Assembly (NCBI GenBank): GCA_964016885.1
Contig: OZ024753.1
Span: forward strand, 36,208,001-36,272,000
Reading direction: 5' to 3'
DNA: 64,000 nucleotides
DNA from: Eledone cirrhosa
Taxonomy: Eukaryota
Under the pieces are notes generated by a model. The model was not told the origin of the DNA. It was given only the letters and a program-made list of their open reading frames with translations, and did not search any database. Made by a program: the position numbers and the translations under genes. Below, piece by piece: positions 11,260 to 24,995 of the stretch (positions are counted from its first letter, which is position 1; each line of letters opens with the position of its first letter).

Positions 11260-11263
11260 GTGA
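8440..11263 (+). pseudogene. AP-endonuclease/reverse transcriptase ORF with one frameshift (~9890), lacking its C-terminus
   Basis: EN motifs GTLNVRT, IQEHR, LGDFNA, QIDFIL, GSDH. RT motifs NYRGISL, QNGFR, FIDFRKAFDSV, QGDTLAP, FADD, YLG. The alternative frame GPEDRKRKWLDHF.. bridges ORFs 8401-9906 and 10091-11263. Confidence 0.92.
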
Positions 11264-11337
11264 TATATATATATATATGTAATATATATATATATATATA
11301 TATATATGTAATATATATATATATATATATATCACAC

Positions 11338-11392
<55 letters not shown>

Positions 11393-11543
11393 ATGTGTGA
11401 TATATATATATATATATATATATGTAATGTGTGTCTGATATATATATATATATGTAATGTGTGTCTGATATATATATATGTAATGTGTGTCTGATATATA
11501 TATATATGTAATGTGTATGATATATATATGTAATGTGTGTCTG

Positions 11544-11574
<31 letters not shown>

Positions 11575-11630
11575 ATGTGTGTGATATAGATATAGATATC
11601 TGTTATTTTAATATATATATATATCTGTTA

Positions 11631-11696
<66 letters not shown>

Positions 11697-11994
11697 GAAG
11701 CTCGTCTGATCGTCATTAACTGAGAGGTGTTGGAACGTAACAGATCATCAATCAAATCCAGCAGGTGAAGCAACTAACTTAATCGGTGAGTAACCTGTTT
11801 ATATTTAGTCCATTAGTTAAACTATATACGAAGACACCTGGCTTAGTGGTTAGTGTGTTCGGTTCACGATCGTTACTTCATGTGTTCGACTCCCAATGAT
11901 TCCTACACGGTCCAGTGATCAAGCTCACGACCCTGTGATCATGCCTCCAAAGCCCTAACCACTAGACCACAAATGATTTTTTTATAATCGTAAT

Positions 11995-12320
11995 TTCCCT
12001 GCCGAGGTCACTTTTGCCTTTCATCCTTTCGGGGGGTCGATAAAATAAAGTACCAGTTATGTACTGGGTGTGATGTAATCTCCCCATAAATTATTGGCCT
12101 TGTGCCTAAATTAGAAACAATTATTATTGAACTGGCAGCATCGGTAGAGCGTCAGACGCCATGCTTTGTAGCATAGAGTTATGGCCGTTTACGTTCTGAG
12201 TTCAAATCCCACCGAGGTTAACTTTGCCTTTCATGTTTACGTGGTCGATAAAACAAAGTACCAGTAATGCACTGGGGTTATTGCTGGCCTTGTGCCAAAA
12301 GCAGAAACTATTATTATTCA
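11995..12320 (+). mobile_element. Two tandem SINE copies
   Basis: Core TTTGCCTTTCAT..GTCGATAAAA.AAAGTACCAG occurs twice. Confidence 0.8.
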
Positions 12321-12567
12321 TGTTATAGTCATCGTGGTCTTTGTCATCATCATCATCACAACCATCAGCAACAGCAGTAGTAGCAACAGCAACAGTAGTA
12401 GTAGTAGTAGTATGTTGGTGTGATTCCAACACCCTTGGATACGAGGTGAAAACCGAGACAAGGTGTTTACAAACAGGTCATTCCTATATTATACCACGTG
12501 ATCCTATGTCGTCAGGGTAGCAGAGATTTCAACACCAGGAGACTTATTTGCGTAAGTACAGGAATAC

Positions 12568-13076
12568 ATGTATGTATGTATGTATGTATGTATGTATGTA
12601 TGTATGTATGTATGTATGTATGTATGTATGTATGTATGTATGTATGTATGTATGTTTGTGTGTGTAAATATATATATATGTGTATATACATATATATGTG
12701 TGTATTTATATATATATATATGTGTATATATATATATGTGTGTGTATATATATATATATGTATATATATGTGTGTGTATATATATATGTGTGTGTATATA
12801 TATATATGTGTGTATATATACATGTGTATATATACACGTGTATATATACATATGTGTATATATATATATGTGTGTATATACATGTGTGTATATATACATG
12901 TGTATATATACATATGTGTATATATACATATGTGTATATATATATGTATATATATATGTGTATATATATATGTGTATATATATATGTGTATATATATGTG
13001 TATATATACATGTGTATATATATGTGTATATATATGTGTATATATACATATGTATATATATACATACTCACAGACA

Positions 13077-13127
<51 letters not shown>
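12568..13127. repeat. (TATG)n/(TG)(TA) compound microsatellite
   Basis: Directly visible. Confidence 0.95.
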
Positions 13128-13130
<3 letters not shown>

Positions 13131-13280
13131 GTTTAGTACATTCAGTTCGTAAGACGAGTTATGTATAATTACAACGGTGTCATTACGAAACTTAAGTATT
13201 TGCGTAATGCCACTGTTGTAAATGATTATGTATGTATGTATGTATGTATGTATGTATGTATGTATGTATATGTTTGTATA

Positions 13281-13608
13281 GAAATAGTCGGGCTGGACAC
13301 CCGATCGCGCGGTTAACCACTGAGAGTGAAGGACCCCTAGCCTTTGTCAGGGCATTCTTCTAGGAGAAGGCAGCTCAGGAAACTGGGATAACTCCAATAT
13401 AAAACCTGCGGCTCAGTAGTTACCGATGATGTTGATCTTTTCTTCTTTTCAGGTTATAGCTACTGTCGCTCAGAGAGTGGGATTGGCTCAGTGCACAGTC
13501 TTTCCTCACTTTAAAAAATATCTTCACGGACAGGCATTGCACGATAGAAATTATTAATAATGGTATATCGTGCAATGGCCATACTCGATAACGAAGGGGC
13601 AGCCATCA
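13281..13608 (+). mobile_element. RTE-derived non-autonomous element, family 2, with (TATG)n tail
   Basis: Second copy at 42995-43305. Shares TAGCCTTTGTCA.GGCA and GATGATGTTGA..TTCTTCTTTT blocks and the 3' end GGCCATACTCGATAACGA..GCAGCC with family 1. Confidence 0.7.
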
Positions 13609-14399
13609 TGTATGTATGTATGTATTTTCAGCCACCCCTCGTAGAAGACATGCTTGTCTCCACACTTAAATAGACTGGAATAATCTGTTTTCAATTTAAT
13701 CTCCATCCCTAACTCATACTTTTTTTTACATTTTATCCTTTTTGGGGGTATAGTAGGGGATGGTTATGAGGAATTATTATTTTCTTTTTTTATATTTGAA
13801 AGATCGTAAAATTCCCCTTTCAAACCGTAGAAGGCAAAAAAAAAAAAAGGGCTAAAAAATAAATAAAATAAATATGAACGTTAGAGTCATATACGTGGGT
13901 GTGTATTCGGAAACTTCGTCGTACGACATTCTTATCTTTCTAGGACTAGGAAAATCTATTTAATAGAAACATTGAAGGTAAACAAAAGAATTACCTTAGG
14001 AGCCAAATACGATTTCTTAAAATAATTTAAGCACCAAAGGCAGAAAATTGAGGTTAACTTTGAAGAATAAGCCAGGACGTAGAGAGGGTTACTGCAAGGG
14101 AGATAAGTAGCTAGGGACTTCTGAGAGCAGACGTGAATGGAAGAATATAGTGAAGGGTTTGAATAGAGAACAACCGACTGGACTTAAATAGCTGTAAATA
14201 ACTAACGAAGTAGGTAAAGATACAGTAGAATAAACATGTAAACATATATAAATCTTGTCTAGCTGTTGATGCAGGGAGGATATGACAGATCGATCAAAGT
14301 ACACATACTTAAACAAGTAATTACATGAAACTACACAGATACAGGCATACCGATTCATGCCGGAAATGACGAGACTGAACACTTCCTGATTCCCCGCTT

Positions 14400-14770
14400 A
14401 CACACGTTTTTCTGAGTCTATACATGCAGCTACTTGGATAGGCACACACGTATACACATAAACACAGAGACACACAGACACATACATTCGTCTATACATG
14501 CACACTACTTAGATAAACACACACACAGACACATGCATTCGTCTATACATGCAACTACTTAAATAAACACACACGTATACACATAAACACACACAGACAC
14601 ATACATTCGTCTATACATGCACACTAAATAAACACACACACAGACACATGCATTCGTCTATACATGCAACTACTTAAATAAACACACACACAGACACATG
14701 CATTCGTCTATACATGCAACTACTTAGATAACACACACACGTATACACATAAACACACACACACACAACA
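14400..14770. repeat. ~50-60-bp minisatellite (CATTCGTCTATACATGCA core with CA tracts)
   Basis: The core recurs 5-6 times. Confidence 0.85.
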
Positions 14771-15204
14771 CTTACATTCACACCACAGAACAACAAAAGG
14801 CCATTCGAATAGAAAAGAAATCTTTCTATTTAAATCAATAGAATTTTCTATTGATTCAATTGTATCCCGAATCTTGATCTGTTGAACTCCACTGTCAACC
14901 TCAGCACTCCTTCTCGTATGTTCTAAACGTCCATAGAATATGAGAACAGTTATTTTTAATATTTGATAACAATGACAACCTAATCGAAACCGGTAATCTT
15001 TGCTAAAACTTAAATTCACTTCATGTAACAAATATAAAAATATTTATTCTATTGGATTAAAGAAAAATAAAAAAAATTCTTTAAATATACTTCACTCTTA
15101 CTGTCTACGTATATACCTACCTAGACATATACACATAAATAAATGCATGCACATATTGCATATATATATATATATATATACACGTACACACATACATAAA
15201 TGCA

Positions 15205-15247
<43 letters not shown>

Positions 15248-15268
15248 GTACACACATACATAAATGCA

Positions 15269-15318
<50 letters not shown>

Positions 15319-15370
15319 TGCATGTGTCTGTGTGTATATATATATATATATACACACATACATAAATGCA

Positions 15371-15409
<39 letters not shown>

Positions 15410-15426
15410 ACGTAAAACGATGATGA

Positions 15427-15476
<50 letters not shown>

Positions 15477-15530
15477 ATAAAGTTTAAGCAAAGAATTGTT
15501 TCGGATTTTAGTCTTCACATTTATTATTAT

Positions 15531-15589
<59 letters not shown>

Positions 15590-16434
15590 TGTATATATGC
15601 ACACACACATATAGATGCATGCAAACGCACACACATATATATATAACCCCTCTTCCCCTCAACATACAAATATGTTTACGTAAATGTGTCTATATAAAAC
15701 AACAAAGTATCAGTAGCTGAACTGGAACCCCTGCCTGTTTACTAAGTGGGATAAGTACTGCTTTTATTTCCAATCTCATTTAGTTTGATGACCCTTCAAC
15801 TGGCTTATCAAACTTGATACCGGTATCTTAGTAACAGGATTTTGATATCAGTTTAACAAACTCCTCCACGGTTTCTTTTCATATTGAAACAACAACAACA
15901 ACAACAATAGTAACAATAACAACAACAGTAACAGCAACAATAACAACGACACTAACAATAAAAAATAAAATAAAAGTAAGTTATATAGAAATCAAAATAA
16001 AGAAAAAAAAGATACATCGAATAAAACACACACACACACACATAAATACATAATATATATACACACACACATATATATATATATATACACTCACACACGC
16101 ATATATATATATATATATATATACATACACACACACACATGTCGATATGTGCGTATGTGTGTCTGTATGTATATATATATGTGTGTGTGCGTGTGTATAA
16201 TAAAAATTAAGAACTAACGAAAAATAAAGAATTCAAACGTAAAATATTTTCATTCTATGAAAGTGTATATAAAAGTGTATATAAAAGTGTATATAAATAT
16301 ACTTTTACATGAATGTTGTATAAAGAGACGACATCGACAATAAACAACAAAACACATTACAAACCAAAAAAATAAAAAAACCCAAACTTGCTACTAACTC
16401 TCTACTACAACTGTTATTACTACAATCATAACAA

Positions 16435-17160
16435 CATGCTTTACGGCATATAGTTACATCCCTTGACGTTCTGAGTTCAAATCCTCATCTCCGAGGTTAA
16501 CTTTGCCTTTCATCTTTATGGGGTCGATAAAATAAAGTACCAGTAATGTACTGGGTTTGATTTAATCGACTTTCTCCTCCCACTCACAAATCATTGACCT
16601 TGAGAAATGAAAGGCAAAGTTGACCTTGGCGAGATTTAACCTGTATAAAGAACCACAGCAATGGTATCTTATCCGACGTATCAAGTAAATATTTGTTACC
16701 TTTCTATATTCAGAAAGATACTACATGCCAGAACTTGTTATACTGTTGAATAATGAATCCTGATAATGAAGGATCCTACGTCGATTTCGACTATGATCAT
16801 TCTGTTATTCAATCAACTGAATGTCTCACTCATAAGTTAACGTGTACATGGTTAAATATTCCACAGACACGTGTACCTTTAGTGTAATTTGTAAGTGACA
16901 CAACAGGACATTTGAATTACAGGTATAATCAATCTGATAGTTTTCTAAATAGTTTTCCTCTACTTTATTTCATTCATAAAAAGACTGCGAATTAGCGAGA
17001 GTCGTTAGAGCATCGGATATAATGTTTTGCGGTATTTGTTCTGGTTCTCTGGACTGGAATAAACCTCGTCTCTGAGTTCAAATCCCGCCAAGGTCAACTT
17101 TGTCTATCATCGATTCGAAGTCGATAAAAAAGTACCAGTCAAGTACTGGGATCGATTCTT
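16435..17160. mobile_element. Cluster of SINE fragments in both orientations
   Basis: SINE cores at ~16500 (+), ~16610 (-) and ~17090 (+). Confidence 0.7.
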
Positions 17161-17423
17161 CCTCTACATGTCTCTCTCACTTCAATTCTCTCACTCTCTA
17201 TCCTTCTCTGGAAGAAATCTGCTGTATTCAGACGTGGAGAGATGAGCACTGCCAGGTTTTAAAATGCCCTCGAAACGCTGTATGTCAATACCGGGCCCCT
17301 ACGACTCCACCAGGAGTTACGACACCGTATATTTCACGACAAAGCTTATATAGATTTGCAGCTATGGTAAAGATTTCCGAAGATGCCATTAGGAAGATAT
17401 ATTAGATATAGTAAGGAATTGAA

Positions 17424-18078
17424 TGTTTTCGTAGCAGGAGAGTTTTTCCGGGAACAGGTCGCTAACCTGAAGCCCAACCACTGACATTTAGTAAAGAGAC
17501 AGTAAGTGGAGTAGTCTCTGGTAGAACTGCAAACCGATGGGTTGCAGGTGTTATATCAGAGTTTTCCTTCTCCTAGAATTCTGCCTTGTCAAAGGCTAAG
17601 GGGTCATCTCTCCCGGTGATTTTGGATGGCCATTGACTCTTAAGAGCTCCTTTGCCCTTTAACAGGTTTTGTTTTTAGTCCTGCAGGATGTCCAAAGTCA
17701 CCCTCCTCACCAAGAAACCTTGGTGGGGTTGCCAGTTTAGTCGCTAACGACCCGACCGTGAGACAGGTTGTACTGGGATACAGGTTACCAGTAGCACCAA
17801 CTGGTGACCTGACACTGCAAGCGACGCCTGGGCTGGTTTGGGCACGCTTTGAGATTTCCCTCGGAGAGACTGGCGAACCAAGTACTTAAATGGCACCCAC
17901 AGGGAAGCAGACGGAGAGGGCGACCCAAAATGAACTGGCGCCAGACAGTTGAGAGGGACCTGCGAGCGACAAACAGACAATGGCGGGACGCTGTGCAACT
18001 GGCTGCTGACCGAACGCGGTGGAACACTATGATTGCCTCATGCGTCGCAAGACGCGGGAGCTTCTGAGTCTGAGTCTG
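17424..18078 (+). mobile_element. TSD-flanked RTE insertion: inverted 5' UTR (17424-17813) plus sense 3' end (17815-18078) with (TCTGAG)n tail
   Basis: 11-bp direct repeat AAGGAATTGAA at 17413-17423 and 18079-18089. The 3' part encodes KRRLGWFGHALR..LKWHPQGSRRRGRPK..DRTRW. The 5' part includes the reverse complement of 1686-1950. Confidence 0.85.
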
Positions 18079-18809
18079 AAGGAATTGAACGATATTAGAT
18101 AAAATAAAGTACCAGTAACGCACTGGGGTCGATTTATTTGACTTTTCCCTTCTTCAAACCTTAAAAATTGTTGTATTTTCATTTCTTATGCAAATGTCAG
18201 GTTTTCGGCCCAGATGTGCAACGAATAGTCACATGGACACCAGGTGTTCGATATCAACCCTTTTAGGGACCCATTAACGCACTGGGGTAGATTTATTTGA
18301 CTTTACTCTCCTCCAAAATTGTTGCATTTTCATGTCTTATACAATTAATAGTCACATGGACATCGGATGTTCGATATCAACACCTTTTAAGGACCCCTTG
18401 CTCTATTGATTCACCTAGCCACGTTATCACCACCGTTACAGACAGCCGGCCACAAAAGAGATGACAACAAAATCCAGATAAAGATTTCAAAAGAAAAATG
18501 AATAAAAATAACAAAAACATGAAGTCGGTGATTGCTTTGTGATGTTATAAACATGCAGCCACGATGTCTAAGTACCTCGTAGCTATCAACAACCTCTGGA
18601 AGACAAAAAAACCCCCAATAAAATAACAACAAAAATAGTCCTTTCACCCCCTCCAAATAAACACACACACACACACACACACGTACGTACGCACACACAG
18701 ACACACACATATAAAATGACTATTATTTAAAAGACAAGAAATTGTTTCCTTTTTTCTAAGACAAGTTGGCTCGTAACAACTACTGCAGACTTCTTCTACA
18801 AAGAACCGA

Positions 18810-19105
18810 ATCAATGGTAACGACAGTGGTGGTGGTAATGGTAGTGATGATTGTGGTGGTGGTGGTGTTGATGGTGGTGGTGGTGGTGAGAAGTTATGGC
18901 GGTGTTGGCAATGGCAGTGATAGCGGTGGTGAGAAGTGATAGTGGTGTTGGTGAAGGCTGTGGTGTTAGTGATGATGGTGGTGGTGGTGAGAAGTGATAG
19001 TGGTGCTGGAGTTGGTGGTGGTGATGGTGGTGTTGGTAATGGTAGTGATGGTGCTGTTGGTGGTGATGGTGGTGTTGGTGTTACTGGTTGCGGTGGTGGT
19101 GGTGA
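18810..19105. repeat. (GGT)n-rich degenerate microsatellite
   Basis: Directly visible. Confidence 0.9.
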
Positions 19106-20098
19106 AGGAAATGCGTTTGTTGTATATCGCCATAAATGCTTATTTATCATTACTGAAAAAAAAAAAAAAAATAAAAATAAAAAAGCGACGTAGTTAAGAG
19201 ACAGTCATAAATCATTTAATGAATAAATGTCGTTCCTCATGCTACTTCTCTTAAACAACCCCTTATGTATTTCTTCTATTCATTCTCTTAACCAGTGAAA
19301 GTGTCTGAGCATTCCCTAGACACGTGTATACTTAACGTAATTCTCAGGGAGATTCAGCGTGTCGCCGTATACGACAAGACTGGTCCTTTGAATTACAGGT
19401 ACAACCATTATCTGTCAGCTGAACGGATTGGAGCAATGTGAAATAAAGTGCCTTGCTCAAGGACACAACGTGCAGCTGGGTATCGAAACCTTGACTTTAC
19501 TATCGTGAATTGAACGCCCTGAGGTACAATTGAACAACTAAGGTACACTCAATCTCGGTAAGTAGATCATTCCAATTTCTTCTTTTAATAATTAAATATT
19601 TTTGTAGATAGGCTTCAGAAGGCGCTGGATTAGTAGTTAGACTGGGTGATGCGTTGTGTCCTTGAACAAGACACTTTATTTCACGTTGCTCCAGTTTACT
19701 CAGCTGCAGAAATGAGTTACGACGTTACTGGTGCCAAGCTGTATCGGTCTTTCCCTTTCCCTTGGACAACATCCATGGCGAGGGGGCGGTGTCATGTATT
19801 CTTGAGCAAAACACTTCATTTTGTGTCGTTTTTCATGATAGGATTGGAGCCCCTATCATTAAAAGAACAAGAAACCCTTTATGAAATGCTACTAAAGCTG
19901 TGAGCTACAAATTCCGTTTTTCATTTCAACAGAGTTGGAGGGAGAAATGTTAAAGAAATGTAGAGTTATGTTAAATATCGTGACGAATGTTATGTGTTAT
20001 GTCATGTGTAAGAAATGTGTTTCTGTTTTTTGTCGTTTACAATAAAAGCTTTATATTTTTGTTTTCAGATTTTCATACAGCAAAATTCATGACTTACC

Positions 20099-20760
20099 AT
20101 GCCACAACTCTTTCGTTCAATAAAAACAGCTTTGCACCAAGCTATCTCCGATCAACGTTTACATCAAGTACGTTTATTAGTTAAACAACAAGTAAACGTG
20201 AATATACGAGATTTATACGGCCGCACTCCTCTTATGCTTGCTTCCTTTGTGGACGACGACGAGAAAGCATTTAAAATTGTACGTTTGCTTCTTCGGGCTG
20301 GATCTCGTTTGAATATTTACGATGATTTTCATCGATCTGCCTTATCGTATGCCGTGTTAAACGGACATGTGACCGCTACTTCACATTTACTGCAACTGGA
20401 CAGAGGTTCAGACTTTGGTGAGGTTGACATTAACGGAAACACTTTGTTGCATATGGCAGCTAAATCAGGTAACCCGGAAGTGGTTAATATCATACTTGAC
20501 GAATTTGAAAAATATGGTTATCATACCTTTGATGTACAGAACTCTGCGGGTTTCACACCATTGTTATTGGCTTGCAAAAGCTGTAATTTTGCGTCAGCTT
20601 ACATATTACTAACTAAAGGAAAGTCTTGTACGGACGTGAGGGATCATATAAAAGATATGAATGCACTAGAGTGGATTAATTTTAGTCAAAGATCTGTATT
20701 TCCCACGCTGAAAAAAAAAACCGTTCAAAATAAAACAAGCTTCATTTTACAAAATACACT
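20099..20760 (+). CDS. Ankyrin-repeat protein, N-terminal coding exon (ANKRD34/ANKRD63-like architecture), truncated by an assembly gap
   Basis: Uninterrupted ~220 aa with ankyrin motifs TALHQA, GRTPLMLA, RSALSYA, GNTLLHMAA, GFTPLLLA. Acceptor TTTTGTTTTCAG ends at 20068; ATG in ACCATG context. Confidence 0.85.
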
Positions 20761-20960
20761 NNNNNNNNNNNNNNNNNNNNNNNNNNNNNNNNNNNNNNNN
20801 NNNNNNNNNNNNNNNNNNNNNNNNNNNNNNNNNNNNNNNNNNNNNNNNNNNNNNNNNNNNNNNNNNNNNNNNNNNNNNNNNNNNNNNNNNNNNNNNNNNN
20901 NNNNNNNNNNNNNNNNNNNNNNNNNNNNNNNNNNNNNNNNNNNNNNNNNNNNNNNNNNNN
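20761..20960. other. Assembly gap (200 N)
   Basis: Run of N. Confidence 1.
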
Positions 20961-21101
20961 TCCACACACACACACACATTATATATACACACATATATAT
21001 ATGTATATATACACACACATATATATATATATATACACACATACATACACATACACATACATACATACACACATATATATATACACTCAATACATACACA
21101 C

Positions 21102-21132
<31 letters not shown>

Positions 21133-21647
21133 CATACACACATGTATCTCTATCTATATATATATATAAAGACTTTCGCAGTGTTGGTCGAATCAACTAG
21201 CTGATGATACATTGGTCGACTGTGTAAACATAACAAACACAGCGAGCAAACATGGCAGGCTGCGTAGTAGCGTAAACATAAACATAACGGAGGGAAAGTT
21301 ATTATTATTATTGTTATTTCCTTCCAAAAGTTTTGCCTGTTATTTTCAAACTTCATTGTATTGTTATTTTAGTCATTCGTCTAAAAAATAGCTCCCGAAC
21401 AACAGCTGACTGGATTGAGAGGGATGGTTGTGTGTATATATATATATATAATATATATATAATATAATATATATATATAAAATATATATATAATATATAT
21501 ATATATATTATATTATATATATATATATATTATAAGCATATACGCACACACAGAGACATACATGCACAGGCACACATCCAGAGACAGATACACCGCTCGC
21601 ACACACACACACACACATAAATATCTGTGAGTGTGCGTGTCTCCGTG

Positions 21648-21693
<46 letters not shown>

Positions 21694-22159
21694 TACACAT
21701 ATATATATATATATATTCTTCTTATTATTATTGAATGTCTCCTTGTTGACTTTCATCATATATTTTTGTATTGTTGTTATTATATTTATTATCAATATTA
21801 TTCTATTGTCTCTCCAGACTCCTTTCATTTACCCAATGTAACTCCCACATCATGTTACTTTCCTTCTTGTATAATCCTCATCCTTGTATAATCCTCCGCT
21901 CTTCTAGCCAATAAAAGAGATCACATTGTTATTGTCATAAAGTAGTGGATTGGCAGAATCGTTAGTAAGCAAGGTCCCGTAACTCCTGAGGGAGTCAGAG
22001 GGGCGCCATATTGACATACGGCGTTTGTCTAGAGCATTTTTTAAAAACATGGTGGGGCCGATCTCCTCTCCATTTCTGAATACAGCAGAGTTCTTCCAGA
22101 GAAGGATAGAGGGAGAGAAAGAGAGAGGAAGTGAGAAAGAGATATAGAGGAAGAATCAA

Positions 22160-22935
22160 CCCCAGTACTAGTCAGGTACATTTTTTTATCGTCCACGAAT
22201 GGATGAAAGGCAAAGTTGACCTCGGGTGGGATTTGAATTCAGTGAGCAGAGAGCCGGAACGAAGACCGCAAAGCATTATATCCGACAGTCTATCGACTGC
22301 CAAATCGCTGTCTAAGAATCGTTAGAACGTTGCATAAATGCTAGATATTCTTTATTTTGGTTCCTTGTGTTCTGGGTTCAATTCCCGTCAATATCAACTT
22401 TGCCTCTCACCCGTTCAAGGTTCATAAAATAAAGTAGCAGTCAAATACCGAGTTGTTATAACCGTCTTTCTACTCCCCACAAATTGCTGGCCTTGTGTGA
22501 ATGTCAGAAAGCATTATTAAAGTTGAGGCGGTGGATTGGCAGTATCGGTGGAGGGTCGGGCGCTATACTTTCCAGCATAGCTACGTCCCTTTACGATCTG
22601 AGTTCAAATCCCGCCGAGGTTAACTTTGCCTTTCATCCTTACGGGGTCGATAAAATAAAGTACAGTAATACACTGGGTAATTGCTGGCCTTGTGCCTAAA
22701 GTAGAAACAATTATTAAAGTTGAGGCGATGGATTGGCAGAACCGGTAGAGCATCAGACGCCATGCTTTCCAGCATAGTTACGTCCCTTTACGGTTTGAGT
22801 TCAAATCCCACCGAGGTTAACTTTGCTTTTCATCCCTACGGGGTCGATAAAATAAAGTACCAGTTAATTACTGGAGTTGATTTAATCAACGTTCCCCAAA
22901 GTTGCTGGGCCTTAGCCTGTATTAGAAAAGAAAAC
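22160..22935. mobile_element. SINE cluster: one minus copy followed by three head-to-tail plus copies
   Basis: Cores at ~22200 (-), ~22400, ~22620 and ~22820 (+); the junction ATTATTAAAGTTGAGGCG is repeated. Confidence 0.8.
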
Positions 22936-23512
22936 ATTTCTACTGAATTAATATATATAGTTCGGCTATTTGGATAATCCGGTACGTATCTGTAATGTAG
23001 GGAGCCGGAAAACCAGTGTTGTATATGTATAAAGATAACATTATAGTATTATTGATACAAAAATGTGTAAGGCTCACAAAAAAAGAAAAAAATAGGGGAA
23101 GAAATAGAGACAACACCAACATCATAAAACTATAAGATAACGAATTATGAAAGAGTATAGACAAGGAGTAAAGACTGTAGGTGAAATCGAACTAAATGTG
23201 AAGGCCAAATATAGAACAATATATTTCATTAGATTATCTGTGTTGTTAAATAGCTTTAACTTGGTGAATTGGAATATAAGTAATATCCTAAAATTGGATA
23301 TCAATACTTGGAATCTATTCACAATATAACTGAACATACTCTTCCCAAAGGCGTGAATGTCTACTAGATACGTTTAGACATATATCAGAAATATATAGTT
23401 TAACATATATATATATATATATAAAGAGATACACACAGATACATAAGTATATATATATATAAGTATATATATATATATAAGAATATATGTACTTATGTAT
23501 CTGTGTGTATCT

Positions 23513-23560
<48 letters not shown>

Positions 23561-24014
23561 AGAATATATAGCTTTACATATATAAAAAATATATGGCTTT
23601 ACATGCACACACATACAAACACAAACGCATACACACATATATATGTCGACACACATACACGCAAACACAGACACATATAATATATACAGCTTTCCATATA
23701 TATATAATATATATATAATATATATATATATAAGAATCTAGAGCTGTATACATACACACACACATATATATATAATATATATATACCTTTACACACACAT
23801 ATATATATAATATATATATACCTTTACACACACATATATATATATAGTATATATATACCTTTATACACACACACATTTATAATATATATAGCTTTATATG
23901 TGTATATAAGATCTAAAGCTGTACATACATATATATATATAAATGTATATGATATATATAGCTTTACAAATATATAAACATTTGCAGCGGTATACATATA
24001 ATATATGTAGCTTT

Positions 24015-24093
<79 letters not shown>

Positions 24094-24719
24094 GAAACAC
24101 GAGGCAAGGGGATTATTAGTACCAAGTAGAAACCAATTACTACAGAACTATTGGATTGGAAATGTACTTCAAAGAAAACAATGAAAATTACTCTACAAAT
24201 AGTATATATAAATAACGAAAGAAGCGCCCCCCCCCATCAACACAAAAAAGAAAGTAGGTAAATGAAAATAAAATAAAAAAAAAAAAAAAAGAATCTTAAC
24301 AAAAACAACAACAACCTCAAAATAAAATAAAAAAAAAATAAAAATAAAAAAAAAAGAATCTTAACAAAAACAAAAACAACAACAACCTCAAAATAAAATA
24401 AAATAAAATAAGAATATAGTAAACTTCATGTACAAAGAAACAATAAAGATTTCGGACTGTACAACTTAGGTTAAGGCGAAGAATTGGTAGAGTAGTTACA
24501 ACGTTGGATATAATGGTTTACAGTATTAGTTCCAATTCTCTCCTCTCTGTGTTCGAATCCGTCGAGGTCAACTTTGCCTTTCATTCTTTCGAGATCGATA
24601 AAAAAAAGACTGGCAGTTTACTACTGGGGTCGATATTTCTCACCTTCTCTCTCCTTCTCTGGAAGTGGCTTCGCCAGAAGCAATAATAGAATACACAGGT
24701 CTCCAAGGTTTTTGGTGTT

Positions 24720-24995
24720 TAAGAAATAGACATAATTCCTATATAAAATCGGTCTCCTGATTCCAAATATAACCTTCTTTTTCACCTATCAGATCTAGTT
24801 TTTAATTTATTGAATATCTCTATAGTCACTATGTATGTGTGTACGTACAGTACGCAGTGTTCGTTAACTTATTTTAATTCTAAGTTTTTTTCTCAGAAAA
24901 CTAGACCTGATAGAGAAAAGTTGAAGTTATTTTTTAATTTAGCAGGATAAATCACTTAAGAATTCGTTGAAATATTCCAGGCACCAGACAAAATT
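24720..24995. mobile_element. Possible MITE-like DNA element with subterminal inverted repeats, between two SINE copies
   Basis: ATAACCTTCTTTTT..CTATCAGATCTAGTTTT versus AAAACTAGACCTGATAGAGAAAAGTTGAAGTTAT. Confidence 0.4.

Noticed and set aside
14050-14400. Possible very old LINE remnant on the minus strand
   Set aside because: Similarity too faint to support by eye.
21195-21240. CTGATGA followed by a short stem
   Set aside because: No GAAA or NUH site in the required position.
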